Source: an uncultured Anaerolineaceae bacterium (GTDB lineage: Bacteria > Chloroflexota > Anaerolineae > Anaerolineales > E44-bin32). From it: a stretch of DNA of 56,370 bases. The position numbers were made by a program, and so were the translations under genes. Shown in pieces: positions 1 through 9,761 of the stretch (position 1 is its first letter; each line of letters opens with the position of its first letter). The notes under the pieces are model-generated. The model made no database searches, was not told where the DNA came from, and was given only the letters and a program-made list of their open reading frames with translations. Location: assembly GCA_964492235.1 (NCBI GenBank), contig CAZBJQ010000002.1, forward strand, positions 1 through 56,370, read 5' to 3'.

Positions 1-454
1 CGAGTTCGTGCACTGGTCTTATCTCGATCGAGGCAGTGATGAGCGACAGTACTGCAGCCCGGGAGTCGATCTCCCCGTGGCCAGCGTGATGCGGAGCAAG
101 TACGGGTCCTATCCGGAATACCATAGCTCACTGGACAACCTGGACTTCGTGACGCCGGCAGGGCTGCAGGGGAGCTACGACGTCCTGCAAAGGTGTATTC
201 TCGTGCTGGAAGCGAACCGGGTGTACCGGGCAACCTGCCTGGGCGAGCCGCAGCTCGGCAAGCGTGGACTGTATCCAACTCTGGGCACCAGGGACACCAA
301 GCAGCAGGTGCGTAGGATGATGGATCTCCTGGCCTATGCCGATGGCGAGCACGATTTGATCGATATCGGCACCCTGACCGGCGTCCCGGCCTGGGAGCTC
401 GAACCGGTTGCCGAGAGGTTGACGGCCGCGGGCCTGCTCGCCGTGGTTCGGTGA
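1..454 (+). CDS. C-terminal part of a DUF4910/aminopeptidase-like domain protein (5' end lies outside the window)
   Basis: The reading frame is open to the left edge. The string [46 protein letters not shown] resembles aminopeptidase-like proteins of polysaccharide-biosynthesis loci. Recognised from memory only. Confidence 0.55.
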   Translation, partial: EFVHWSYLDRGSDERQYCSPGVDLPVASVMRSKYGSYPEYHSSLDNLDFVTPAGLQGSYDVLQRCILVLEANRVYRATCLGEPQLGKRGLYPTLGTRDTKQQVRRMMDLLAYADGEHDLIDIGTLTGVPAWELEPVAERLTAAGLLAVVR

Positions 455-707
455 CACGGCGAAATCCGATAGCGGCCGCTTCCGGGCCGGCGGCCGATCC
501 TGGGGCGTGGCGGGGGGGCAGGCCACGCTCGCCGTCGCAGGGCGGAGACAGGGCGGTCGCCTCCAGCCCGCATGTCCGGCGTGGCGAGGTGGGGGGTGGG
601 TGTCGGATGCAACCGATGGACCCCGCCGCGCAGAAGACCCACGCGGGAATCCGGGGATCGGGACTCTGTTGAGGCGGTCGGGGATGGGTCTTGGGTGAAC
701 GGCAGCC

Positions 708-2207
708 ATGACCATTGAGCGGCGGCGACCTTCGCGGTTGGCGATGAGGCTACCGCGTACAAGCGCGCTCTGGCTCGATCTGCTCCCGTATGTGCTGGTG
801 GCAGGATTCATCCTCGTCGTCCTCCTCTTCTATCCATTCCGCTTCGTCTTCGAGATCGACCCCGATGAAGGCATTCAGGTCATGAAGGCCTTTCTCTTCA
901 GCCGCGGTCACGGTCTGTACAGCGAAATCTACAGCGATCAGCCTCCGCTGCTTACGCTCATCCTGTCGGTCCTCTTCAAGGTCCTCGGTCCCAAGGTGCT
1001 GCCTGCCAGGCTGGCTGTCCTCGCCTTCTCGGCCCTGCTGATGACCTCCGCCGTCGTCTACCTGCATGTCTTCTGGTCCAGGTTGCATGCGATCCTGGGG
1101 CTGCTTCTGCTGGTCCTCCTGCCCTCATATGCCCAACTGAGTGTTTCGGTCATGGTCGGACTTCCGGCCATTGCTTTGGCGATGGCCTCCTTGCTGTTCC
1201 TGTGTTTGTGGCAGCGCGGCGAGCGCGTTGCGTGGCTTGTGCTCTCGGCCTGCCTGTTGTCCGCCTCGATCATGGTCAAGCTGTTCACGGTCATTCTTCT
1301 GCCAATCATCGTGGCTGGTCTGCTGCTAGCTCCTGGGCGGCAAGCGCTTCAGGGTCCCGGGAAATGGGGCCGGATTCGTCCGGCGCTGGTGTGGTCTGCG
1401 ACCTTCGGGCTGGTACTCGGGGCGGTCCTTTTGGGGCTTGTCGGCCCCACCAATGTGCCCCAGCTCTTCGAAACCCACCTGGGAGTACGTGGGATCGAGT
1501 ACTTCGAACGCGAAACTCTGGTCCGGCACGGCCGTGACCTTTGGCCGCTATTCCTGCTTGCCACGTTGGGAAGCGGATGGGTGATCTTGAAGCGCGCTTG
1601 GACGGGGACCTGCTTCCTCGCTTGGATGGTGGTTGGGGCCGCTTTTCTGACGGTCAATACGCCGGTTTGGTACCACCAGGTGATCTTGATCGCGTGCCCG
1701 GCATGCGTGCTCGGCGCCATCGGAGTGGCCGAGCCGCTGGCAGGGAAAACGTGGGGTGGCTGGGGGCGCCTGTGCCAGGCGGCCCTTGCCATTGCGGCTG
1801 GGGTGCTCTTGGTCGTATATGCCTTGTGGGCGATCCCAAGGGTCGTGGGCAAAATGGATTCCCGGCTGCCGAACCTGGTGGCGGGGGAAGCCCTGCGTGC
1901 GCGGGAGTACGACCTGTTGACACTCATCGACTACTTCGATCCCGGAGGCAAGGTCCTGGTCACAGATCGTCCGATGTTCGCCTTTCGAAGCCGCAGAGAA
2001 ACGCCGCCAGAACTGGCCAATCTCTCGCAGAAAGTCATGAGGGGCGGGATCGTCTCTGAACAGAGGATCATCGACTTGATTCATGCGACCGCTCCGCCTA
2101 TTGTGTTATTGGCGCGCTTCGATCTGCCTGAGGTGGAGAGCTATCTTGATTCGCGATACGACCAAGTGTACGGCTACGTCGACTTGAGGCTGTTCGTGAA
2201 GCCATGA
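708..2207 (+). CDS. GT-C fold membrane glycosyltransferase (GT39/GT83, ArnT/PMT-like)
   Basis: 499 aa with more than 10 predicted TM helices. An acidic first-loop motif (FEIDPDEGIQVMKAF) follows TM1. A soluble C-terminal domain is present. ATG start at 708. Confidence 0.75.
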   Translation: MTIERRRPSRLAMRLPRTSALWLDLLPYVLVAGFILVVLLFYPFRFVFEIDPDEGIQVMKAFLFSRGHGLYSEIYSDQPPLLTLILSVLFKVLGPKVLPARLAVLAFSALLMTSAVVYLHVFWSRLHAILGLLLLVLLPSYAQLSVSVMVGLPAIALAMASLLFLCLWQRGERVAWLVLSACLLSASIMVKLFTVILLPIIVAGLLLAPGRQALQGPGKWGRIRPALVWSATFGLVLGAVLLGLVGPTNVPQLFETHLGVRGIEYFERETLVRHGRDLWPLFLLATLGSGWVILKRAWTGTCFLAWMVVGAAFLTVNTPVWYHQVILIACPACVLGAIGVAEPLAGKTWGGWGRLCQAALAIAAGVLLVVYALWAIPRVVGKMDSRLPNLVAGEALRAREYDLLTLIDYFDPGGKVLVTDRPMFAFRSRRETPPELANLSQKVMRGGIVSEQRIIDLIHATAPPIVLLARFDLPEVESYLDSRYDQVYGYVDLRLFVKP

Positions 2208-2253
2208 AGTACATGTCAGTTCGAGAGGCGCAAGACCTCGGCGCCCGCAGGAG

Positions 2254-3909
2254 TTGGCGCAGGTGGGCAGGGTGAAATCGACGGAACCCGCTACGGGAAG
2301 ACAAGGGGCGCTCCGTTCCAACGAGGCGCCTCGAACCTGCGCCGCGCGCCGAGTCCCATCCCGAACCGTCGTTCTTCTGGCCGCGCTGTTGGTCCTGTTG
2401 TCGGCCTACGTGTTGGCGTCCCAGAATCACTATGTCGGGTTCGAGCCCGGCTACGACGAACGTCAGCCAAGACATCACGGGTGGGTATCATCGCACGCGC
2501 TGGCTATCATCAGCCATGCGACTGCGGAAAACTACTTCGTCGGCTATGCACAGGCTTTGGTGGAAGACAACCGCACCCAGTACGACTACTTCGACCGGTA
2601 TCCAGTGTTCTTCAGTGTGGCGATGAACCGGAGCCTCTCGATTGCCGACCGGCTGTCTTCCAAGGTGTATGTCGCCAAGCAGGTCATGAATTTGATCTTC
2701 CTAGCCACCCTGTTTGTGGGGTTCTTGATCGCTGACAAGTTGATCCAGAGCAAGTCGGCGGCTTTGGCTGCTGCCCTGTTGGCGATGAGTAGCGAGTACC
2801 TGCTCTTCTACAAGGACATGGTGCACTTCGACCAGCCCGCGCTGCTGGGCATGATGATCCTGATCTACACGATCGCGCTCTATCGGATCGACGGTCGCCG
2901 TCGCGCCCCATACCTGGGCGCGGTGGTGGCGGTCTCTATGGGGCGCGGCTATGCTTCCTTTGCGGTCCTGGTGACCTGGTTCGTTGCGGAAGCGGCTCTG
3001 GTGCTGCGGGCCAATCGACAGAACTGGCGGCAGAGCGCAAGGGTGATGATCGCCCATCCTGCAACCTTGTCGTGTGTGCTGGGCTTTGGCCTTGGCGCTT
3101 TGTTCTTGTCGTACAACATCGGTGTCGAGGCAGTGCGGACCGGGGTTCCGCCCCTGAAGACGAGCATCATCGAATCGGCCGAAAACCGCCTGGGACTGGA
3201 TGAGGCATTCAATCTCCGTCACCAGGCCGTGACTGGCTGGCCAAGTTTCGTATTCGATCAACTGGATCGGGCGGTTCGCTGGTCACTCCCATTTCGAAAA
3301 CCAGGTGGCGCCCTTGCCGGCAACATTGCGCTACTTGGTCTGATGCTCGCCGTGATTGCTGTTCAAGCTTTCCGCTGGGACCGCAATCGGAGGCTCTTGG
3401 TGGTAGTGCTTGTGGTATCTCCCTTCGTATGGATGTTCGCCATGCGCTATATGAGCGGCCCACACGACTACACCACCATGTACTACCTGGGATTCTCGTT
3501 GGCTTCCTACATCGGGCTCTTATCCCTGCTCGGAATTTCGTCGAGGCGAGCGGCGTCCTGGCTAATTCTCCTGGTCTCTCTCGGGAGCTTTGTCGTGGCC
3601 AACCAGCACACACAGGATCTTCACCGTGAGCTGGAGCTTCGCTCGGACAAGGTGGTCCGGCTCTCGGATTACACCTGGGACATGATGCGAATCCGGGAAC
3701 AGTTGGCTGGAGAGGGACTGCGCATCTACATGACGCAGGCAATTCCGAACGCTCCCTATGCCATGGGTTTCTACCTGCCGGAACATGACCTGTCGACCCT
3801 TGAGGATGCGGACTATGTCATCGCCCGTATCCCGGATCTTCTTCCGGGGAACCTGACTCCGGAGAATAAACGCCTATTCCTGTTTCGCGGGCCGGCATCG
3901 GGGCAGTGA
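2254..3909 (+). CDS. Large polytopic membrane protein, probable GT-C/GT39-like glycosyltransferase paralogue
   Basis: 551 aa and multi-TM, with the loop motif GFEPGYDERQPRHHGW after TM1 and a C-terminal soluble tail. It follows the previous GT-C gene by 47 nt. The start is uncertain: TTG 2254, or GTG 2263/2272 after GCAGGAG. Confidence 0.6.
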   Translation: MAQVGRVKSTEPATGRQGALRSNEAPRTCAARRVPSRTVVLLAALLVLLSAYVLASQNHYVGFEPGYDERQPRHHGWVSSHALAIISHATAENYFVGYAQALVEDNRTQYDYFDRYPVFFSVAMNRSLSIADRLSSKVYVAKQVMNLIFLATLFVGFLIADKLIQSKSAALAAALLAMSSEYLLFYKDMVHFDQPALLGMMILIYTIALYRIDGRRRAPYLGAVVAVSMGRGYASFAVLVTWFVAEAALVLRANRQNWRQSARVMIAHPATLSCVLGFGLGALFLSYNIGVEAVRTGVPPLKTSIIESAENRLGLDEAFNLRHQAVTGWPSFVFDQLDRAVRWSLPFRKPGGALAGNIALLGLMLAVIAVQAFRWDRNRRLLVVVLVVSPFVWMFAMRYMSGPHDYTTMYYLGFSLASYIGLLSLLGISSRRAASWLILLVSLGSFVVANQHTQDLHRELELRSDKVVRLSDYTWDMMRIREQLAGEGLRIYMTQAIPNAPYAMGFYLPEHDLSTLEDADYVIARIPDLLPGNLTPENKRLFLFRGPASGQ

Positions 3910-3921
3910 ACGTCCGAAAGA

Positions 3922-5700
3922 CTAGGAGCCGCCGAACATCGAGAGGATGCGGTGCGTGGTCACTGCCCGGATGTCCAGGACGACCACTGCGAGGAAGAGT
4001 GCGTACAGCAGATTGAGCAGGCTGACTCTTCGGCCGAGACACTCGAGGTTGCGGCCGTGAAGCGCGAAGCGTATGGCGTAAGTGAGGCTGAGCAGCAGCG
4101 GCACAAGTTGCGCCAAGACCAGGCGGTTCCCCTCCGCAATCTGGGCGAACCAAGCGTACAGGACGGCGTAGGCGAGAAAATACACGACCAGGAATACGGC
4201 CACTTGCGGGTACCCGCGGAGGGCGTCACCCAGGGACCTCCAATTCAGACACAAGGCGACGACGCACGCCAGGCTGAACAGTACGACGTACTTGGCGTAT
4301 CCAAAGGAGTCCGCCGCTTCTTGGGCGGTCAGGGAGGCGCCACGTAGGATGCGCCCCACCATGTCTCCTGGGGTGTGCTCTCGGATGTACTTTCGGTAGG
4401 AGGGGATTTCGCTCGCGGGCATGTCCGGCCAGCCGCTACGGTCCCCATGCGCCTTGGTCCCTCGTTCTGCCTCTTCCCATGTGTCATACCAGACATAAAA
4501 CGTTGAGTTGACATTGTAGAAGGGCTTGCCAAACCTATACCAGCTGGTCTTGATGTACGGGAACACCGTCAGAAGAAAGAAAGCCGCTACCAGTGCCAGG
4601 TTGACTGTGTGGGAAAAGGACTCGATTGGGACACCCCTGGTGCCGGTGCGTCTCGCATTCCGGAGGGCGCGGCTCACACTCCAGCCGAAGGCGACCAACA
4701 GGAAGACCCCCAATCCAGGCAGCACAGACGCCTTGGTCAGGTGTGCCAGCCCCGCGAGAACCCCGATGGCCACTGCCAGTGCTATCGATGGCCTGATCAA
4801 GTATCTGAGCATCCACACAAACAGGAACGCAACGAGCGTGTAGTACAGCAGCTCGGGCTGGACGTAGGCGGCCCTGAAGATGTAGAGGGCAAAGGCCGTA
4901 ATGAGCAAGAGCGTGCTCGCCTCAAGGGGGGAAAACGATCGGAAGAAGAGCGCTCCGATCGCTACCAAGAGCGCCAGGGACAGCGCTAGGCTGAAGTACT
5001 TGGCGCGGACGAACGCGACCTCGCGAGGTTCCGCCGGGTTCAAAGCGAACGAGAGCAGGAACGAATAGACCGGCATCCGATTGCGGTTACCCACATGCGA
5101 GTACTCCTCATTCAAGAGATCTTCTGCGTAGCCGATGTATGCGTTCTGGTCTCGCCGCCTCGGATCGGTGTTGACTCGGATCAGATTCTGTTGGGCACCA
5201 AGCCAGTAGAGGATCGCCAGGAACACTCCCACTGCGATCGCAAGGATAACCCAAACCGACTTTCGAATGGACCTCCGATGGAGCGATAGCATGGGTAGGG
5301 CTGGCGCGCCCCGCGGCTGGGCTGCAGCGAACTCGCTTTCTCGACTGAGGGCAGCTTCCGTCGGGCGCTCCACTGATGGGCGAGGGGGTCCGGAAGCGTC
5401 AGGCCGATGCTCTCTTCGGTCTTGCCGTATGGCGACGATCCACGGTCGCAGGCATACAAGCGCGATCGCGCACACCAAGACCATCATCGTCCATGTGAGA
5501 GAGAAATCCCTCGACCAGAACGGCATCTTCGTGATGGGCAATTCCAGAGTCGCCACGAACAAGATGCAGCCATAGACAAGAGAGAGAACGGGCAACTTGA
5601 CCCAGCGCGGTTTGCCCCGCAATGCGACCAGTACTGCGGCCGTGAAGACGACCGCTGAGGCGAGGTACACCAGGCCGGAGAGCGCTTGAGGCAGATGCAT
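3922..5700 (-). CDS. GT39-like membrane glycosyltransferase with an extra N-terminal 4-TM segment
   Basis: The long ORF is trimmed to ATG 5700 (MHLPQALSG), which has AGAGG upstream. The motif RRRDQNAYIGYAEDLL precedes about 10 further TM helices. It converges on the previous gene with a 12-nt gap. Confidence 0.65.
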   Translation of the reverse strand: MHLPQALSGLVYLASAVVFTAAVLVALRGKPRWVKLPVLSLVYGCILFVATLELPITKMPFWSRDFSLTWTMMVLVCAIALVCLRPWIVAIRQDRREHRPDASGPPRPSVERPTEAALSRESEFAAAQPRGAPALPMLSLHRRSIRKSVWVILAIAVGVFLAILYWLGAQQNLIRVNTDPRRRDQNAYIGYAEDLLNEEYSHVGNRNRMPVYSFLLSFALNPAEPREVAFVRAKYFSLALSLALLVAIGALFFRSFSPLEASTLLLITAFALYIFRAAYVQPELLYYTLVAFLFVWMLRYLIRPSIALAVAIGVLAGLAHLTKASVLPGLGVFLLVAFGWSVSRALRNARRTGTRGVPIESFSHTVNLALVAAFFLLTVFPYIKTSWYRFGKPFYNVNSTFYVWYDTWEEAERGTKAHGDRSGWPDMPASEIPSYRKYIREHTPGDMVGRILRGASLTAQEAADSFGYAKYVVLFSLACVVALCLNWRSLGDALRGYPQVAVFLVVYFLAYAVLYAWFAQIAEGNRLVLAQLVPLLLSLTYAIRFALHGRNLECLGRRVSLLNLLYALFLAVVVLDIRAVTTHRILSMFGGS

Positions 5701-6098
5701 CTTGGCCTCTGCTATTATCGTCTTTGGCTGCCCTCGCCGCCAGGGGCGCGGTTGGTGGCAGAAGCCGGTGGATTGTCTTTTCAGCCGCACTCTGGCGAGT
5801 CTGTCCGCCCCGGCCCCGGCTGTGTCCCCCGCGCCCGAGTCCACGCGCTCTTTGATGCGGCGCAACCTTCCGCCGCCAACCCCCTTAGAAGCCTTGGCTT
5901 TCATTTCTATGGAGCGGAGCCCCTCTCGACACGCTCCCATATCCTGAGCTTGGGCGGGAGGAGATCGCGCAGCAACCAGGCAGCATTGGCAGTGTTGGCG
6001 TGATTGCCAAGGCGCCTTGTGCCGGGATCAGGATTGCACCCAAGAGAGTCTGATGGCGCTGCAAGCAGCAGACCACGCGATCTCGCCGGACCGCGACG

Positions 6099-6400
6099 AT
6101 GATTTTGGAAACCTGCCCCGCACGCCGGTCGCGCAAGGCGCTCCATCTGGCCGGGAATCCGAAGATGGTGATTCATAGCGAGAGCGGGGATGAAGTCGTG
6201 GCGATCGAGGGGGTGGCCAGGGAGGTGGCGGACCGCTCGGTGCCGCACGAATATGCAGATGCTTACCTGGCCGAGTATGGCTTCAAGCCGGATGTGGACA
6301 AGGCATGGACTGTCAACTTCGAAGTGCATCCGAGGGCCCATTCGGGGGTTCGGAGGCGGACTACCCGGCCACGCCCACCCGATGGGAGTTTGCAGCCTGA
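6099..6400 (+). pseudogene. Decayed pyridoxamine-5'-phosphate-oxidase (PPOX)-family gene with a frameshift near its 3' end
   Basis: The frame starting at 6099 reads SRKALHLAGNPKMVIHSESGDEVVAIEGVAREVADR...YGFKPDVDKAWTVNFEVHPRA. The family-typical ending FGGSEADYPATPTRWEFAA-stop continues in a different frame and ends at TGA 6398-6400. No intact N-terminal half is visible upstream. Confidence 0.4.
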
Positions 6401-6495
6401 AAGGAACGAGGCGCCTCCACCAGCGGTGCAGATGGCCTACAATTGGGCGGAACCCCCGAGATCAGCCGGAAGGGGGCAATGGAAGGAGCCGCGCA

Positions 6496-7272
6496 GTGGA
6501 CCGCACAACTCTCAGGCAGATCGTGACGATCCTGGCGGTCGGGGTGACCATCGTCTTCAATGTCCTGGCCAATGCCCTGCCCTTGAACGGTTTGAATACA
6601 GGGGAGATCTCCGACCGGTTTCGTGTCTTGTTTGTCCCGGCCGGATACGTCTTCTCGATTTGGGGCTTGATCTACATAGGTATGGTCGTGTTCGCCGTAT
6701 TCCAGGCCCTGCCATCACAGCGAGGAAACCCCCGGCTGGAACGCATCGGATACCTGTTCGTCCTCAGCGGCCTGGCCAACATCACCTGGCTGCTCCTCTG
6801 GCATTATGAGCGGTTCCTGCCGGCGCCCTTAGCGCTCATCGCCTTGGTCTTGCTGCTGGCGGGCGTCTACCTGCGGCTGGAGATCGGGCGGGCGCCCGTC
6901 TCGCGCAGTGAACGATGGTGCCTGCAGATTCCGACCAGCGTCTACCTGGGGTGGGCGACCGTGGCAACCATCGCCAATGTCTCAACGACGCTGTACTTCG
7001 TTGGTTGGAACGGATGGGGCGTGTCGCCACAAGGGTGGGCAGCGATCATGTTGCTGGCGGCGACGGTGATCGGTGTGTTGGTGTTCGCTACGCGCCGCGA
7101 CTTCGCCTTCGTGCTTGTGCTGATCTGGGCCTTTGTTGGGATCGCCATCAAGCATGCCGCGGCTCCTGCGGTGTCGATCACGGCCTGGGCGACGGCGCTG
7201 GCTTTGGCGATCCTTCTGATGGTAGGGGCATTTGCCCGCCGGCGGATGACACCCGACATCAAGCCAGCATGA
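6496..7272 (+). CDS. TspO/MBR-related tryptophan-rich membrane protein (long form)
   Basis: GTG 6496 is preceded by GGAAGGAG. The string NALPLNGLNTGEISDRFRVLFVPAGYVFSIWGLIY is followed by several Trp-rich TM helices. Confidence 0.7.
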   Translation: MDRTTLRQIVTILAVGVTIVFNVLANALPLNGLNTGEISDRFRVLFVPAGYVFSIWGLIYIGMVVFAVFQALPSQRGNPRLERIGYLFVLSGLANITWLLLWHYERFLPAPLALIALVLLLAGVYLRLEIGRAPVSRSERWCLQIPTSVYLGWATVATIANVSTTLYFVGWNGWGVSPQGWAAIMLLAATVIGVLVFATRRDFAFVLVLIWAFVGIAIKHAAAPAVSITAWATALALAILLMVGAFARRRMTPDIKPA

Positions 7273-7428
7273 CACCGCGACACCACGCACCGCCGAACTG
7301 CAAGCGCCGGCGAAGCTAGCACTCTGGTCGCTCGTGTCCGGTGGCGAGTGCCGCATTCCGATGTGGGCAAGGCATTCGCGCGGCACGCCTCTCGGGTTGC
7401 GGCCCGTTGGCCTTCTTCGGAGGCGGAC

Positions 7429-7539
7429 ATGTATCTGGATCTTGAAGACCTGGTGAAGCTGGGACTGGGTGTTTTGCCCGGCAGCTTGCTCGGAATCGGG
7501 CGGGAAAATCGGGACAAGGACCCGGCTTTCGGACCTTGA
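7429..7539 (+). CDS. Possible 36-aa small ORF translationally coupled to the downstream DUF385 gene
   Basis: ATG 7429 lies 5 nt after GGAGG. Its stop TGA (7537-7539) shares a base with the downstream ATG (TGATG). The peptide is MYLDLEDLVKLGLGVLPGSLLGIGRENRDKDPAFGP. No family was recognised. Confidence 0.35.
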   Translation: MYLDLEDLVKLGLGVLPGSLLGIGRENRDKDPAFGP

Positions 7540-8045
7540 TGCCTAGGAACGGGACCAGGATACCCACGATCTGGCGTCTGATCCGCCGCAACAACCCGCG
7601 GGCACTACGCAGGTTCGAGTCAGGCCTCGGAAAGGGACTCGTGCTTGTGCTCACGACGACCGGCAGGAAGTCCGGGCTTCCCCGCAAGACGCCACTGCAA
7701 TATGAGGAGATCGGTGGCGTGTTATATGTGGGCTCTGCCCGAGGAACCCAGGCGGACTGGTACCGCAACCTGCTAGCCAACCCCCGCGTGCAGGTGCAGA
7801 TCGGCAAGGAAGCCTACGCCGCCGTCGCCGATCCACTGCGGACAAGACAGGAGGCGCTCGACTTCCTGCGCGAGCGGCTTCGGCGACGTCCGCTGATGAT
7901 CCGGTCGATGTTCCTCCTCCACGGCATGGCGCCATGGGGAGGGGAGGGGACCCTTGCCCAATTGGCCGATAAGGTGGCGGTCATCGCCCTTCATGACTGC
8001 AGGCGTGTGGAGGAGACCTGCCGCGAAGAGGAACTGCCCTCATAG
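7539..8045 (+). CDS. Deazaflavin (F420)-dependent nitroreductase family protein (DUF385/Ddn-like)
   Basis: The string LVLTTTGRKSGLPRKTPLQYEEIGGVLYVGSARGTQADWYRNLLANPRVQVQIG is a typical PF04075-type core. Confidence 0.8.
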   Translation: MPRNGTRIPTIWRLIRRNNPRALRRFESGLGKGLVLVLTTTGRKSGLPRKTPLQYEEIGGVLYVGSARGTQADWYRNLLANPRVQVQIGKEAYAAVADPLRTRQEALDFLRERLRRRPLMIRSMFLLHGMAPWGGEGTLAQLADKVAVIALHDCRRVEETCREEELPS

Positions 8046-8323
8046 AGCGCGTGTCGTGGCGGGGAGCCTCGCCGAAAAGTCGGGAAGGTAGTGAGCGGCC
8101 GGCGCAAGGAGGATCAGGAATCGGCCCATCGGGATTCGTCGTCGAGAGCGTGGCCGGGGCCAGGGTGATCGCCGGGTTGGTGTGAGCCAGGCCACCATGG
8201 CGGGGCGACTCGGCGGGATGTTTCCGGGAGCGCCTTCCGCAACAAGGATCGAAGCGATGCGTCCGACATCGGGCTGCCGCCCGCGAAGCCCCGAGAACAG
8301 AGGTCGGGCGCACGAGGATCATC

Positions 8324-8866
8324 ATGGCCAATCTGCTAGAGCACCTTCTGGTTCATGACATTCGGCTGAGTCCACCGGAGATCATCGACCTGGCCGAGCC
8401 CATCCTTACGGTAGGAATGGCCGTCAAGACGAGCATCCGCACCGTATACCGAGATGTTCCCCGCCTGGGGAAGGCCTTCAATCGGGCGAAAAGGGCCTGG
8501 GCCATCCCGGACCGGCGGCTGCCCTGGGGCTTCGTGGCGGTGAGCGAGGATCACGATGTGGAGGCCGGCAGCTTTGTATACCTGATGGGCGAGATCGTGA
8601 CCAGGATCGGAGACCTCCCCGAGGGATGGCTACGGTGTGTCATCCCGGCCTCGAAGTATGCTGTCTTTACGATCCGTCCGAAACGCCAGTTCGCCTGGCC
8701 ACTGGCCATCGGGTCCGCCAAGCGCTACATCTTCCTTGAGTGGCTCCCTGCTTCCGGGTACGATGCCGGCGGCGAGATCGATGACTTCGAGTACCATGAC
8801 GAACGTAGCCTGCGCAAGCGCGATCCATCGATCGATTTGTATGTGGCGATCCGGGCCAGGGCATAG
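8324..8866 (+). CDS. GyrI-like / AraC effector-binding small-molecule binding domain protein
   Basis: 180 aa. The pattern ..VGMAVKTS..YLMGEIV..IPASKYAVFT..WLPASGY..FEYHDER matches the GyrI-like fold. Confidence 0.65.
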   Translation: MANLLEHLLVHDIRLSPPEIIDLAEPILTVGMAVKTSIRTVYRDVPRLGKAFNRAKRAWAIPDRRLPWGFVAVSEDHDVEAGSFVYLMGEIVTRIGDLPEGWLRCVIPASKYAVFTIRPKRQFAWPLAIGSAKRYIFLEWLPASGYDAGGEIDDFEYHDERSLRKRDPSIDLYVAIRARA

Positions 8867-9077
8867 GCACCGTCTCCAGGCATAGGTCGCCGCCAGTGCT
8901 CGAATTCCGACCCGGGCAGCGAATAGGCACCGGGCGAGAGTTCCCGCAGTCTTATGGCCAGTATGGCATCCGGCGCACCAATGGAACCCGACCGAGTGGA
9001 GCCGGCCAAGCTCCGGGTATCCGCCAAGGAAGGCGACCGTAGAGCGAATCGAGCGGCGTGCTTCCAGGAGATGAGGG

Positions 9078-9608
9078 TTGAAAGAGGAATTGTTCTCCAT
9101 CTCCAAGGCCGGGCTCCAAGACGTTACCTTCCTCCAGGAGATGCTGTTCGAGGCAGCCTACTGGCGGCCGGACCGTCCCCGCCCGTCCATGGCAGAGGGT
9201 TTGTCTCGCCCGGACCTTGTGTATCTGCTGGACGGATGGGGGAGGCAGGGAGACCTCGCTGGCCTGGCCGTGTCGCAGGCCAGGGAGCGACTGGGTGCTG
9301 CCTGGATTCGCCGATGGACTGCCGCTCGTCACTCCTACGGCTTTCTCGACGAGTCAACGCCGGAGCTGGGAATCGGTGTACGGCGCGAGGCCCGAGGCCG
9401 GGGTGTGGGAACGGCGCTGGTGACAACGCTCCTGGCGGAGGCCTACTCGCAAGGCGTGGACCAAGTAAGCCTGAGCGTTGAGAAGGAGAATCCGGCACTT
9501 CGCCTGTACTCGCGCCCGGGCTTCGTCGTTTCTTGTGATACAGGCGGCGCCTATACTATGGTGGCCCCGGCGGGCTTGAGGCGAGGCCGGGCTCGGGTTT
9601 GCACGTAG
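9078..9608 (+). CDS. GNAT family N-acetyltransferase
   Basis: Motif A (GIGVRREARGRGVGTALVTTLLAEA) and the ending ENPALRLYSRPGF are present. TTG start after GGAG. Confidence 0.8.
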   Translation: MKEELFSISKAGLQDVTFLQEMLFEAAYWRPDRPRPSMAEGLSRPDLVYLLDGWGRQGDLAGLAVSQARERLGAAWIRRWTAARHSYGFLDESTPELGIGVRREARGRGVGTALVTTLLAEAYSQGVDQVSLSVEKENPALRLYSRPGFVVSCDTGGAYTMVAPAGLRRGRARVCT

Positions 9609-9761
9609 GCGGGATGGGGAAAAGCAGGTTGCAGGTGCCTCGCCGAACCACGGGTTGTCCGACCCAGCCGTCGAGCTGCTGCCGCATGAACCGACTTACC
9701 GGGGGCATGCACCCTGAAGACCGAGAACGTAGAACGCCGCTTGACGTCAGGAGAAAGTAAG

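Noticed and set aside
2438-2452. GGGTTCGAGCCCGG string resembling a tRNA T-arm
   Set aside because: It lies inside the GT-C-like CDS (reading ..VGFEPGY..). No acceptor or anticodon arms can be folded around it. I saw no tRNA-like cloverleaf anywhere in the window.
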